From NCBI GenBank assembly GCA_049903315.1, contig JBNGBT010000006.1, positions 88,920 through 152,919 of the forward strand: a stretch of DNA of 64,000 nt, given 5' to 3'. Shown one piece after another: positions 36,651 through 44,547 of this stretch. A model generated the notes under the pieces. That model searched no databases. It was given only the letters and a program-made list of their open reading frames with translations, and was not told where the DNA came from. The first letter of the stretch is position 1; each line of letters begins with the position of its first letter. Both the position numbers and the translations under genes were made by a program. The DNA comes from Candidatus Cloacimonadota bacterium. GTDB lineage: Bacteria; Cloacimonadota; Cloacimonadia; JGIOTU-2.

Positions 36651-37028
36651 TTATTTCTTCCATAAGCCGTGAATGTTGCAGTATGCACGGACTTCGAGTT
36701 TGTCATTATTTTTCACATAGAATTCTGCTTCAGGTTTATCTTCTGGAGTAAGGTGCTTACGGTTTATCCAGGCACCATTCTGAACTTCGATCCACTCGAT
36801 ATAATGTTTCTCTATCATCGGGTGGGGAGCAGAACCGACTTTCACCCTGATGCCGTCAGCGATCTCTTCAACAACCGGAACATGTTTTTCCACAGCAGCA
36901 TCTACTGTATTTGCATCCATTTTTTTCATTGGAGCACCGCAGCAGACAAGTTCGCCTGCGCCGCCGTGAACCATTTCCACGATATTTCCACAAATTTCAC
37001 ATTTATAGATTTCCAAAATTTTTGTCAT
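36651..37028 (-). CDS. dfx: Desulfoferrodoxin (2Fe superoxide reductase)
   Basis: YKCEICGNIVEMVHGGAGELVCCGAPM desulforedoxin domain, plus EKHVPV, HPMIEKHYIEWIE and CNIHGLW. Confidence 0.95.
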   Translation of the reverse strand: MTKILEIYKCEICGNIVEMVHGGAGELVCCGAPMKKMDANTVDAAVEKHVPVVEEIADGIRVKVGSAPHPMIEKHYIEWIEVQNGAWINRKHLTPEDKPEAEFYVKNNDKLEVRAYCNIHGLWKK

Positions 37029-37060
37029 TGCTTCTCCTAAATTTTCAATTATTTTTCCGA

Positions 37061-37564
37061 TTACGGACCGACATGCATCATATCAAATTCTACATCATAT
37101 TTTTCAAACTCTTCTGCCTGTTCTTTTTCAAGTTCAAGAAGACGGTAATGTCCCATTTCCATTGAGGCAATATACTTTAGTCTGCGCGAGAGGTCTTCAT
37201 CCATTTTGAATTTATTAGCAAGCGAGAGATAGAAATAATGCGCTGCTTTTTCCGCATTCATTGCCTGCAGAAATATATCACTGAACCTCAAATCTTCAGT
37301 ATCAATTGTGATTTCCGGCAAAGGTACAGGCGTCTTGTCAGGCAGGATTATTTCCTCAGCAGGGAATGATTCTTCCCAGAGTTTGGAAAAGAAATCAAAG
37401 TGTTTTTGCTCTTCTGCAGAAAGGAATTTGAGTTTGTCCTTGAGCATGAAGTTCTTTACTCGTCCTGCAAGATCGAGGTAGACATATTTGCTGTCCTCTT
37501 CACTTTTTAACGCAGTGAGAAATAGGTCCCTTTTGGAATATTTATCAATATTCATCTTATCCAT
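37061..37564 (-). CDS. Ferritin-like / rubrerythrin-family diiron four-helix-bundle protein (no rubredoxin domain)
   Basis: ALKSEEDSKYVY, LSAEEQKHFDFF, AMNAEKAAHYFY and IASMEMGHYRLL give the E...ExxH x2 pattern. Confidence 0.65.
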   Translation of the reverse strand: MDKMNIDKYSKRDLFLTALKSEEDSKYVYLDLAGRVKNFMLKDKLKFLSAEEQKHFDFFSKLWEESFPAEEIILPDKTPVPLPEITIDTEDLRFSDIFLQAMNAEKAAHYFYLSLANKFKMDEDLSRRLKYIASMEMGHYRLLELEKEQAEEFEKYDVEFDMMHVGP

Positions 37565-37569
37565 GATAA

Positions 37570-38046
37570 CTACTTTCCAAGCTGACGCTTCATCTCTGTG
37601 AGCATCACTACGTGTTTGCGTTCTTCATCGATGATATCGTCAACCAATTTTTGCTGGTGCTGCGGAACTACATTTCTCATTTCATGATAATAGAGAATCG
37701 TGTCGAGTTCTTTCCCGATAGCGAACTGAAGCGCTTCATCTGCAGTGTGTACGCTCTCGATGCCTTCATCGATCTTATCGATTGTGAAGACAAGATTATC
37801 TGCGTAGGCATGAAGATAGTCAAAATACTCGCCGGGATAACTTTCCTGTGGATTGTAGCCCTCGATCTTTGCCAGCATCTCTCTAAAGACTTTTTCGTGA
37901 CGGACTTCTTCTTCTGCGAGAAACCCGAAGAGTTCCTTCACTTTTTTGTCATCAAATTTTTCTACCATTGCGCGGTAGAATTTTTCACCATTTTCTTCGA
38001 TTTGAACTGCAAATTGATAGATTTCTGTCACATCGAATATATTCAT
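37570..38046 (-). CDS. Ferritin-like / rubrerythrin-family diiron protein, tandem paralogue
   Basis: AVQIEENGEKFY, LAEEEVRHEKVF, AIGKELDTILYY and IIDEERKHVVML. Confidence 0.65.
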   Translation of the reverse strand: MNIFDVTEIYQFAVQIEENGEKFYRAMVEKFDDKKVKELFGFLAEEEVRHEKVFREMLAKIEGYNPQESYPGEYFDYLHAYADNLVFTIDKIDEGIESVHTADEALQFAIGKELDTILYYHEMRNVVPQHQQKLVDDIIDEERKHVVMLTEMKRQLGK

Positions 38047-38062
38047 TTTCGTTCCTCCGAAA

Positions 38063-39241
38063 TTATTTTAGATTTTTATGCTTCATTGTAATACTTTTTG
38101 CAAGCTCATCAAGAGCTTTGAAGTCAGCTTCTTTAGGAAAACCTTTACTTATGACAGGTTCCAGTAATTCGCCTTTGAAATTTGTGAGAAGTCCCTTAAG
38201 CATATCCACCATTCTCGAGCCCCAGCCGTAAGAGCCGATGACCGATGCGAATTTTGCTTTTGGTCTGAGCATATTAGTGAGATAGGTTGCGTACATCATT
38301 TTGGGATGCGGACCTGCATGCACTGTAGATGAGCCGATTACGACAGTGGCAGCATCGACAAGCTCCATCGCAAATTCTCCAATATCTGTCACAGACATGT
38401 TAAATGGAATGACCGTAATCTCGTACTCTGTGAGCTTTTCAGTTAGATAATTCACCATTTTCTCTACACTTCCATGCATGGAAATATAGGGTATCAGCAC
38501 CTTGTTTTCTACTGTGTCCGATATCCATTCTTTATATTGCTCAAGGATGAATTCAGGATTATCATAAACTTGTCCATGAGTAGGTGCAATCATATCAAGA
38601 TCGTAATTTTTCAGCATATCAATATGCTTCTGAATATTTGTTCTGAACGGCATCATGATCTCGGCAAAGTAGCGCTTTGCTGCGAAATATACCTTTGCTT
38701 CATCCCGCACGAACAATTCGCTGGAAGCTATATGCGAGCCGAAAAGGTCTCCTGAAAAGAGCAGTTTGTCTTCTTCAAGATATGTGAACATTGTTTCCGG
38801 CCAGTGAACCCACGCTGCCAGCAGAAACTTCAAAGTTTTGTTACCGAGGGGAAGTGTGCTCTCATGGGTGACTTCAAGGAATTTATCATCAGGAATATTA
38901 AGAAGATCCTGAAGAAAGGTTTTGCATTTTGTATTCGTGACAACAACCGCATCAGGGTACATTTCCAAAATGACGGGAATTCCTCCGGAGTGGTCCTGCT
39001 CAGCATGATTAGAAATGATATAATCCAGTTTTGCAATACCGAGTTGTCTCAGGTTTGTCAGTAATTCTTCTATCTTCGGTGGATCGACCGTATCGATCAG
39101 AGCAGTTTTTTCACTGCCTCGAATGACATAAGCATTGTAACTCGTACCATCCGGGAGAGGGATAAGCTCATCAAAAGTGCGCCTGTCCCAATCCTGGACA
39201 CCTACAAAATATACATCGTTTTTAATTTTCTGGAATCCCAT
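38063..39241 (-). CDS. fprA: Flavodiiron protein (FprA / rubredoxin:oxygen oxidoreductase type)
   Basis: Metallo-beta-lactamase-like ISNHAEQDHSGG motif plus a C-terminal flavodoxin-like domain (VIGSYGWGS). Confidence 0.9.
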   Translation of the reverse strand: MGFQKIKNDVYFVGVQDWDRRTFDELIPLPDGTSYNAYVIRGSEKTALIDTVDPPKIEELLTNLRQLGIAKLDYIISNHAEQDHSGGIPVILEMYPDAVVVTNTKCKTFLQDLLNIPDDKFLEVTHESTLPLGNKTLKFLLAAWVHWPETMFTYLEEDKLLFSGDLFGSHIASSELFVRDEAKVYFAAKRYFAEIMMPFRTNIQKHIDMLKNYDLDMIAPTHGQVYDNPEFILEQYKEWISDTVENKVLIPYISMHGSVEKMVNYLTEKLTEYEITVIPFNMSVTDIGEFAMELVDAATVVIGSSTVHAGPHPKMMYATYLTNMLRPKAKFASVIGSYGWGSRMVDMLKGLLTNFKGELLEPVISKGFPKEADFKALDELAKSITMKHKNLK

Positions 39242-39248
39242 TATTCAC

Positions 39249-39407
39249 CTAAATCTCGACAAACATATCTTTGTCTACACCACACACAGGGCATACCCAG
39301 TCGTCTGGAATATCTTCAAAGGAAGTTCCTGGTGCGATTCCGGAATCGGGATCACCGACTTTGGGATCATAAATATAGCCGCATACGCTGCATTGATATT
39401 TTTTCAT
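39249..39407 (-). CDS. rub: Rubredoxin (52 aa; below ORF-track size cut-off)
   Basis: Hand translation [57 protein letters not shown] (39416-39420) lies 8 nt upstream of the ATG. Both CxxCG knuckles are present. Confidence 0.9.
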   Translation of the reverse strand: MKKYQCSVCGYIYDPKVGDPDSGIAPGTSFEDIPDDWVCPVCGVDKDMFVEI

Positions 39408-39428
39408 CTGTTGTTCCTCCTATTATTT

Positions 39429-40682
39429 TTATTCAGTTTTATAACCTGCATTTTTTATTGCGTTTATCACTTCATCTCTTTTATATTCACCAATTACTTT
39501 AACTCGTTTATCGGTAAGAGAGATGTCAATTTTTTTTACTCCGCTTACTTTTTTAATTTCATTTTCAATAGACATGACACAATGCTTGCAGCTCATGTCC
39601 GGCACGTTATAGATATTTTCCATATTTTCATCCTGAATATTTATTTTCTTGTTCATAAAAATTTTTAGCAAGAATGCTCTAATAATAAGTATGATAAGCA
39701 GTATTGCTGATCCAGTTTTTATCCAGACGGGAAGCATTTTCATGCCGCCTGTAAAGATGCTAATATTTCTGCCCGAGATATTCCAGAAATGGTCAAGAAT
39801 AAATCCAAAGAGGAGTCCTGTGACGATAATTGAAACAAGATATGCGAACAGCGGTTTTTTGCCGAGTTTGCCACCCACGAAGCTAATAGTTGCAGCATTT
39901 GTTGCAGGACCGGCAATAAGGAAAATAAGCCCCGCACCCGGTGTCATTCCTTTTAAAATAAGGGATGCAGCGATCGGTATCGAACCAGTTGCGCACACGT
40001 ACATCGGGATAGATATCAAGAGCATAATTGGATATGCGAATAGCGGATTTCCAAAATAGCGCACCACAAAATTATCCGGCACAAGAAAGGAAATAATAGC
40101 TCCAATAACTATGCCGAGAAGTATCCATTTTGCGACATCTTCTATAAGATCAAAAAAACCATAACGGAGAATTGCTCTCACCTTTTCATGAAATGTATGA
40201 GAGTGGGGCTCGGTTTCGGTGCAGAGATTGCATGAGAATCCTTCTTGTGGGATGGCATTATCATCTGCAGTTCTATCAATAATGTTTGTCAAAGTGCCGC
40301 CCAAAATTCCAGCAAAAAAAGCAGCCACAGGTCTGATAATTGCATAAATTGGACCAAGAAGTGAATAGGTTGCGAGGATGGAATCCACACCTGTTGTAGG
40401 GGTAGACGAAAGAAAGGATATTGTTGAACCTTTTCCGGCACCTTCTTTTCTCAGATACGCAGCGACGGGGATGACGCCGCATGAACAGAGTGGTAGCGGA
40501 ACACCGAAGAGAGATGCCTTTACGTTTGACCAAAATGATCTGCCTGAGAAGTGGTTGTATATTTTGTTTTTTGGAATGACCGTATTAAGCACTCCGGCAA
40601 TCAAAAAACCAAAGAGAAGATACGGAGCCATTTCTCCGAGAAGAGTCCAGATTTCTTTAAGGATACCAAGGAGGATGTTCAT
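39429..40682 (-). CDS. ArsP/SO_0444-type permease fused to a C-terminal heavy-metal-associated (HMA) domain
   Basis: PLPLCSCGVIP motif in a polytopic permease. The last ~70 aa (YNVPDMSCKHCVMSIENEIKKVSGVKKIDISLTDKRVKVIG..INAIKNAGY) show an MxCxxC ferredoxin-like fold. Confidence 0.7.
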   Translation of the reverse strand: MNILLGILKEIWTLLGEMAPYLLFGFLIAGVLNTVIPKNKIYNHFSGRSFWSNVKASLFGVPLPLCSCGVIPVAAYLRKEGAGKGSTISFLSSTPTTGVDSILATYSLLGPIYAIIRPVAAFFAGILGGTLTNIIDRTADDNAIPQEGFSCNLCTETEPHSHTFHEKVRAILRYGFFDLIEDVAKWILLGIVIGAIISFLVPDNFVVRYFGNPLFAYPIMLLISIPMYVCATGSIPIAASLILKGMTPGAGLIFLIAGPATNAATISFVGGKLGKKPLFAYLVSIIVTGLLFGFILDHFWNISGRNISIFTGGMKMLPVWIKTGSAILLIILIIRAFLLKIFMNKKINIQDENMENIYNVPDMSCKHCVMSIENEIKKVSGVKKIDISLTDKRVKVIGEYKRDEVINAIKNAGYKTE

Positions 40683-41110
40683 TTCTTGTTCTTATTTTTC
40701 TCTAAACAGGTTTTACAAATACCGCGAAAATAGCCGTGTTTTTGTTTTATCTGGTGCCCTTCAATCATATTCTTGTTCAAATATGGGCAATCGATTGTGA
40801 GATCATAAATTTTTTCGCATTGTTCGCAGAGGAAGTGGTGGTGCTGCTCGGTTTCGAGATCATAACGGACCTCAGAACCGGTAATATATAAGGGAGTAAC
40901 AATACCTTTTTCCATGAAAAGTTTGAGCGAATTATACACGGTAGTTTTGGAAATGGTCGGAACTTTCTTCAGCACTTCTTCAAAGATCATTGCAGCAGTC
41001 GGGTGATTGAAATTTTTATCTAAATACTGCAATATGCTCAACCTTTCATAGGTTGGCTTGATGTTAACTTCTTCTAAAATCTTCTTTAAGTCTTGCATAT
41101 TTGAACTCAT
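40679..41110 (-). CDS. Fur-family metalloregulator (PerR-like by context)
   Basis: Winged-helix ISKTTVYNSLKLF, HHHFLCEQCEKIYD and C-terminal CKTC (two CxxC pairs). First gene of the oxidative-stress operon. Confidence 0.85.
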   Translation of the reverse strand: MSSNMQDLKKILEEVNIKPTYERLSILQYLDKNFNHPTAAMIFEEVLKKVPTISKTTVYNSLKLFMEKGIVTPLYITGSEVRYDLETEQHHHFLCEQCEKIYDLTIDCPYLNKNMIEGHQIKQKHGYFRGICKTCLEKNKNKK

Positions 41111-41155
41111 TACAAATTTTGAATGATAATTTAAAAGGAATTAGGACAATGTCAA
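41111..41155 (-). promoter_or_regulatory. Candidate sigma-70-type promoter with Fur/PerR-box-like half-site for the stress operon
   Basis: The minus strand reads TTGACA (41150-41155), a 16-nt spacer, TAAATT, then about 25 nt to the ATG. A TGATAAT half-site (41124-41130) sits within the imperfect palindrome ttttgaatgataatttaaaa, overlapping the -10. Confidence 0.35.
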
Positions 41156-41243
41156 ATTTAAATTAATTTTTAGGATAGTTTGTTTTCAATAGTCGTGAGC
41201 TATCACAAAAATTTGGGTTGCAATTTTGATAAGGCTAGTAGTA

Positions 41244-41294
41244 AAACAACATTCCGATGTTGTTTGAGCAAGAAGCAAGATCGGAATCTTGCTT
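41244..41294. repeat. Second pair of the TCCG/CGGA-loop hairpin repeats
   Basis: aaacaacat-tccg-atgttgttt (41244-41265) and aagcaagat-cgga-atcttgctt (41273-41294). Same family as 3386-3436 with compensatory stem changes. Confidence 0.7.
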
Positions 41295-41357
41295 TACACC
41301 TTGTGTGCTGTATTAAAGACCTGTGTATAAATATGAGAATAATTATTCTTATAATAA

Positions 41358-42287
41358 TTAAAATCTCACTACTTTTCGACTGTTCGCAACGTCTCGCTTT
41401 AAAGGATTCGTATATCTCTGCAACACAATTCCTGCGATAATGAAAACCAATCCGATGATTGTCGAAAAGAGTATTTTTTCACCAACAACAATACTCACCA
41501 CAAAGAGAGATAAGAAAGGGGTAATATAGATAAAATTACTCACCTGCGCAGTTGTTTTTGCATATTTAAGGGCGCTGAGCCACACAATAAAGGTCAAGCC
41601 CATTTCGAAAAATCCTACATACGCAGAACCGAGAATGCCTTTGATGTTCGGCAGAGAAAATCCTACAGGAATTGAGCGTACCACAATAAGCACAATACTG
41701 AAAAGTAAACCGAAGCAAAAGCTCACAAACAATTTAACGACAACGTCATGCTTATCCTTGAGACTGAATATCCAGAACATTGCCCATATTACCGCACTGC
41801 TCAGAGGAAGCAAATCGCCTTTGATATCGGAGAAATTTAATCCTGCAACATTTCCGCGAGTTGCAATTATTATCACGCCAAAAAAGCTAATGACAATTGC
41901 AACAATGCTCAGTAATTTTATTTTTTGTTTGAGGAGGGGAATCGAAAGAAGCACGAGCATCAGGGGCCATGTATAGTTTAATGTGATCGCTTCCTGTGCC
42001 GGCAAGATCGAATATGCCTTGAAAAGCACGATATAATATAGGAATGGATTAAGAAAACCAAGAAATGCTGCAAACAAAAAGTCTTTTAGAGAATATTTTT
42101 TCAGAAGGTGTAGTTTTTTTTGGAGGATGAGAACAATAAAAATGATACATGTTGAAAAAAAAGAAGCATACAGCAGCAACTCGAGATAATCTACATGACG
42201 CAGACTGAGCTTAAAGGCGGAAGCTACAGTTGACCAGAGTATAACTGCGAGGATTGCAAAAGAATATGCTTTTTTTTGTGTATCCAT
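41358..42287 (-). CDS. EamA/DMT-family transporter
   Basis: Ten hydrophobic helices and two EamA-like halves. The track ORF starts at GTG 42347, giving a 55-nt overlap with rluB. The ATG at 42287 (MDTQKKAYSF) avoids the overlap, but neither start has a clean SD. Confidence 0.7.
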   Translation of the reverse strand: MDTQKKAYSFAILAVILWSTVASAFKLSLRHVDYLELLLYASFFSTCIIFIVLILQKKLHLLKKYSLKDFLFAAFLGFLNPFLYYIVLFKAYSILPAQEAITLNYTWPLMLVLLSIPLLKQKIKLLSIVAIVISFFGVIIIATRGNVAGLNFSDIKGDLLPLSSAVIWAMFWIFSLKDKHDVVVKLFVSFCFGLLFSIVLIVVRSIPVGFSLPNIKGILGSAYVGFFEMGLTFIVWLSALKYAKTTAQVSNFIYITPFLSLFVVSIVVGEKILFSTIIGLVFIIAGIVLQRYTNPLKRDVANSRKVVRF

Positions 42288-42292
42288 TCCTT

Positions 42293-43012
42293 CTATTGGC
42301 GTTCTTTTATGATACTTCTTACCTCTTTTTCTTTTAGATAACGCCACTCACCTATCGGCATTTTACCAATATTGATATCACCTATCTGAACACGTTTGAG
42401 TTCGACCACGGAACTTCCAACAGATTTGAGCATTCTCCGTATTTGCTGATTCCTGCCCTCATAGATCACCATGCGGATTTTTGTAAGATTTTGAGCTTTA
42501 TTATAACTTTTTATGAAGACTTTTGCAGGGAGTGTTTTACCGTCTTCAAGCTGAACACCTTCGCGAAGTTCTCGTAATTGGCGGAAGTTAATTCGTCCCT
42601 TGGCTTTCACAAGATATGTCTTGGGAAGTTTTTTGCTCGGATGCGTGATCTTCTGCGCGAAATCTCCATCGTTCGAGAGAAATAATAATCCTTCAGAATT
42701 TTTATCAAGACGCCCAATAGGAAAGATATGCTCTTTAAATTCAGGAAGCAGTTCGAACACAGTATGGCGCTCAAAAGGATCATCGGCTGTAACAAGATAT
42801 CCTATTGGCTTATTCAGCATCAAATATATTTTGTTGGATGAAATACTGAGTTTTTTATTTTTGTATTCCACGACATCATTCTGCGGGTCGATATCTGTTG
42901 CGAGGTCATTAATAATTTTGCCGTTTACCCGGATTTTGCTCTCAAGCACAAGCTGTTCGCATGAGCGCCGGGAGCCGAGTCCTGCCTGGGCAAGAAATTT
43001 ATTGATCCTCAT
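42293..43012 (-). CDS. rluB: Pseudouridine synthase, RsuA/RluB family (S4 domain + catalytic domain)
   Basis: MRINKFLAQAGLGSRRSCEQLV (S4) and GRLDKNSEGLLFLSNDG (catalytic Asp motif). Confidence 0.85.
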   Translation of the reverse strand: MRINKFLAQAGLGSRRSCEQLVLESKIRVNGKIINDLATDIDPQNDVVEYKNKKLSISSNKIYLMLNKPIGYLVTADDPFERHTVFELLPEFKEHIFPIGRLDKNSEGLLFLSNDGDFAQKITHPSKKLPKTYLVKAKGRINFRQLRELREGVQLEDGKTLPAKVFIKSYNKAQNLTKIRMVIYEGRNQQIRRMLKSVGSSVVELKRVQIGDINIGKMPIGEWRYLKEKEVRSIIKERQ

Positions 43013-43015
43013 TTC

Positions 43016-43537
43016 CTACCATTGCTCGATCGTATTTGAAAGGATCACATTACAGAGTTCATTAATAATGGATTTCTGCGCATCCTCTTCGGAAAAGAGC
43101 TCGATTCCCTGCCCGTCTTCCTCTTCAGCAGCAGTGCCTGTGCCGTACGTTGCAGAGAGACTCAGATTGTTATTCTGCCAGATCACTTCATCGCGAACCA
43201 GGTCTTTTGCTTCGATCTGAAAGACGATCGTGACTTTCCATTCCGAAGGATTTTCCTGCATATCATATGCGTTGACCACTCTTTTATATGACCGGATAGT
43301 TCCACGGATATCCAGATCTGCATCATCGCCTTGTACGTCAAGGCGGTTATCTTCAATGAATGCATCAGTCAGATATTCTGAGACAAGCCCTGGCAACTCG
43401 TACTGCTCGGAATCATTATCAAATTCTGTGATCATGACCGTCTTAAGATGGGGATTTGAGCGTGTGTAAAATGAGTAGTGCCCGCATCCGAAAATGCAGA
43501 GTAAAACAATTGAGACCAATAAATATTTTTTCATCAT
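43016..43537 (-). CDS. LptE-like lipoprotein (tentative)
   Basis: Lipobox LCIFGC, 173 aa, and the ITEFDNDSEQYELPGLVSEYL pattern resemble LPS-assembly lipoprotein LptE. Weak. Confidence 0.4.
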   Translation of the reverse strand: MMKKYLLVSIVLLCIFGCGHYSFYTRSNPHLKTVMITEFDNDSEQYELPGLVSEYLTDAFIEDNRLDVQGDDADLDIRGTIRSYKRVVNAYDMQENPSEWKVTIVFQIEAKDLVRDEVIWQNNNLSLSATYGTGTAAEEEDGQGIELFSEEDAQKSIINELCNVILSNTIEQW

Positions 43538-43684
43538 ATGACCTTCTTATTTAAGAAATTGAATCCCTAGCTTTCTGTGTCAATTAAATCGAATTTCCTT
43601 AAGTAAATTTATTTTATAAATATTATTATAAAAAGTTTGACTACAATTCTTCCAATTGTACCTTATTTATCGGAGGCTAAACAT

Positions 43685-44350
43685 ATGGCAAAAGATGAAA
43701 TATTAACCCTGAATGAAGCTGCGAAATTTTTAAACATGTCACCGGAAACCCTGGTGAACCTGGTCTCTCAAAAAGAGCTCAAAGGTATTAAGGTCGGGAA
43801 TCAGTGGCGGTTTATTAAAGAAGAAATTGAATTATGGAAAGACACACAGGATAAACCCAATGTGGAGAAGATCGCACTTGAAAATGTGGTCAGCAGATTT
43901 TTTTCGTTTATAAATTCAGATTTTATTCTCAGAGATCTGAATGCAAAACACCGTTTCGAGGTGCTCGCTTCAATGTCACAATTTGCAAAAGAAAACAGTG
44001 TGTGCACAAAGCAGAGCTGGCTCTTTGATATGCTGAGCAAAAGGGAGCGTTTGATATCAACAGGTATCGGAAATGGTGTTGCATTTCTGCACCCACGCAG
44101 TATTCATTCCGATAAAATAAACTTTTCTGCAGTGTTGCTTGGGATTTCACAAGAAGGTGTTGATTTCCGGTCTCTCGATAGAACGCCTGTGAATTTATTC
44201 TTTCTCTTACTACTCAAGACCGAGCAGCAGCACCTTTTCGCACTTTCCTATTTAAGCCAGCTTTTCAGAGAAGATCATCTCAAAGAAAAGATCATGAAAG
44301 CTTCTGACAATAAAGCCATACTCGATCTTTTAAAATTACAGGTTGAGTAA
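43685..44350 (+). CDS. Excisionase/MerR-type HTH fused to a PTS EIIA type-2 (EIIA-Ntr-like) domain
   Basis: LTLNEAAKFLNMSPETLVNLVSQKELKGIKVGNQWRF (HTH_17-like) followed by GIGNGVAFLHPR with the conserved His. ATG 43685 follows GGAGG. The track start is an upstream TTG. Confidence 0.7.
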   Translation: MAKDEILTLNEAAKFLNMSPETLVNLVSQKELKGIKVGNQWRFIKEEIELWKDTQDKPNVEKIALENVVSRFFSFINSDFILRDLNAKHRFEVLASMSQFAKENSVCTKQSWLFDMLSKRERLISTGIGNGVAFLHPRSIHSDKINFSAVLLGISQEGVDFRSLDRTPVNLFFLLLLKTEQQHLFALSYLSQLFREDHLKEKIMKASDNKAILDLLKLQVE

Positions 44351-44407
44351 TTATACGAATTTACAAATTGTTCGATTGTCCTAAAAGACTACAAAATGGC
44401 AAAAAAA

Positions 44408-44483
44408 TGGTGGGCCCAAGAGGGATCGAACCTCTCACCGCCCGGTTATGAGCCGGGAGCTCTACCAGCTGAGCTATGGGCCC
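44408..44483 (-). tRNA. tRNA with CAU anticodon (Met by anticodon; possibly tRNA-Ile2/lysidine)
   Basis: The reverse complement GGGCCCATAGCTCAGCTGGTAGAGCTCCCGGCTCATAACCGGGCGGTGAGAGGTTCGATCCCTCTTGGGCCCACCA folds as a 76-nt cloverleaf (7/4/5/5 stems, TTCGATC T-loop, encoded CCA). The G1:C72 pair argues against an initiator. Confidence 0.9.
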
Positions 44484-44547
44484 TGATAAAATGGTAGGGT
44501 ATTTGTCTGTCATGTAAGGGATAACCTGTCAAGTTTTACACGAAATC

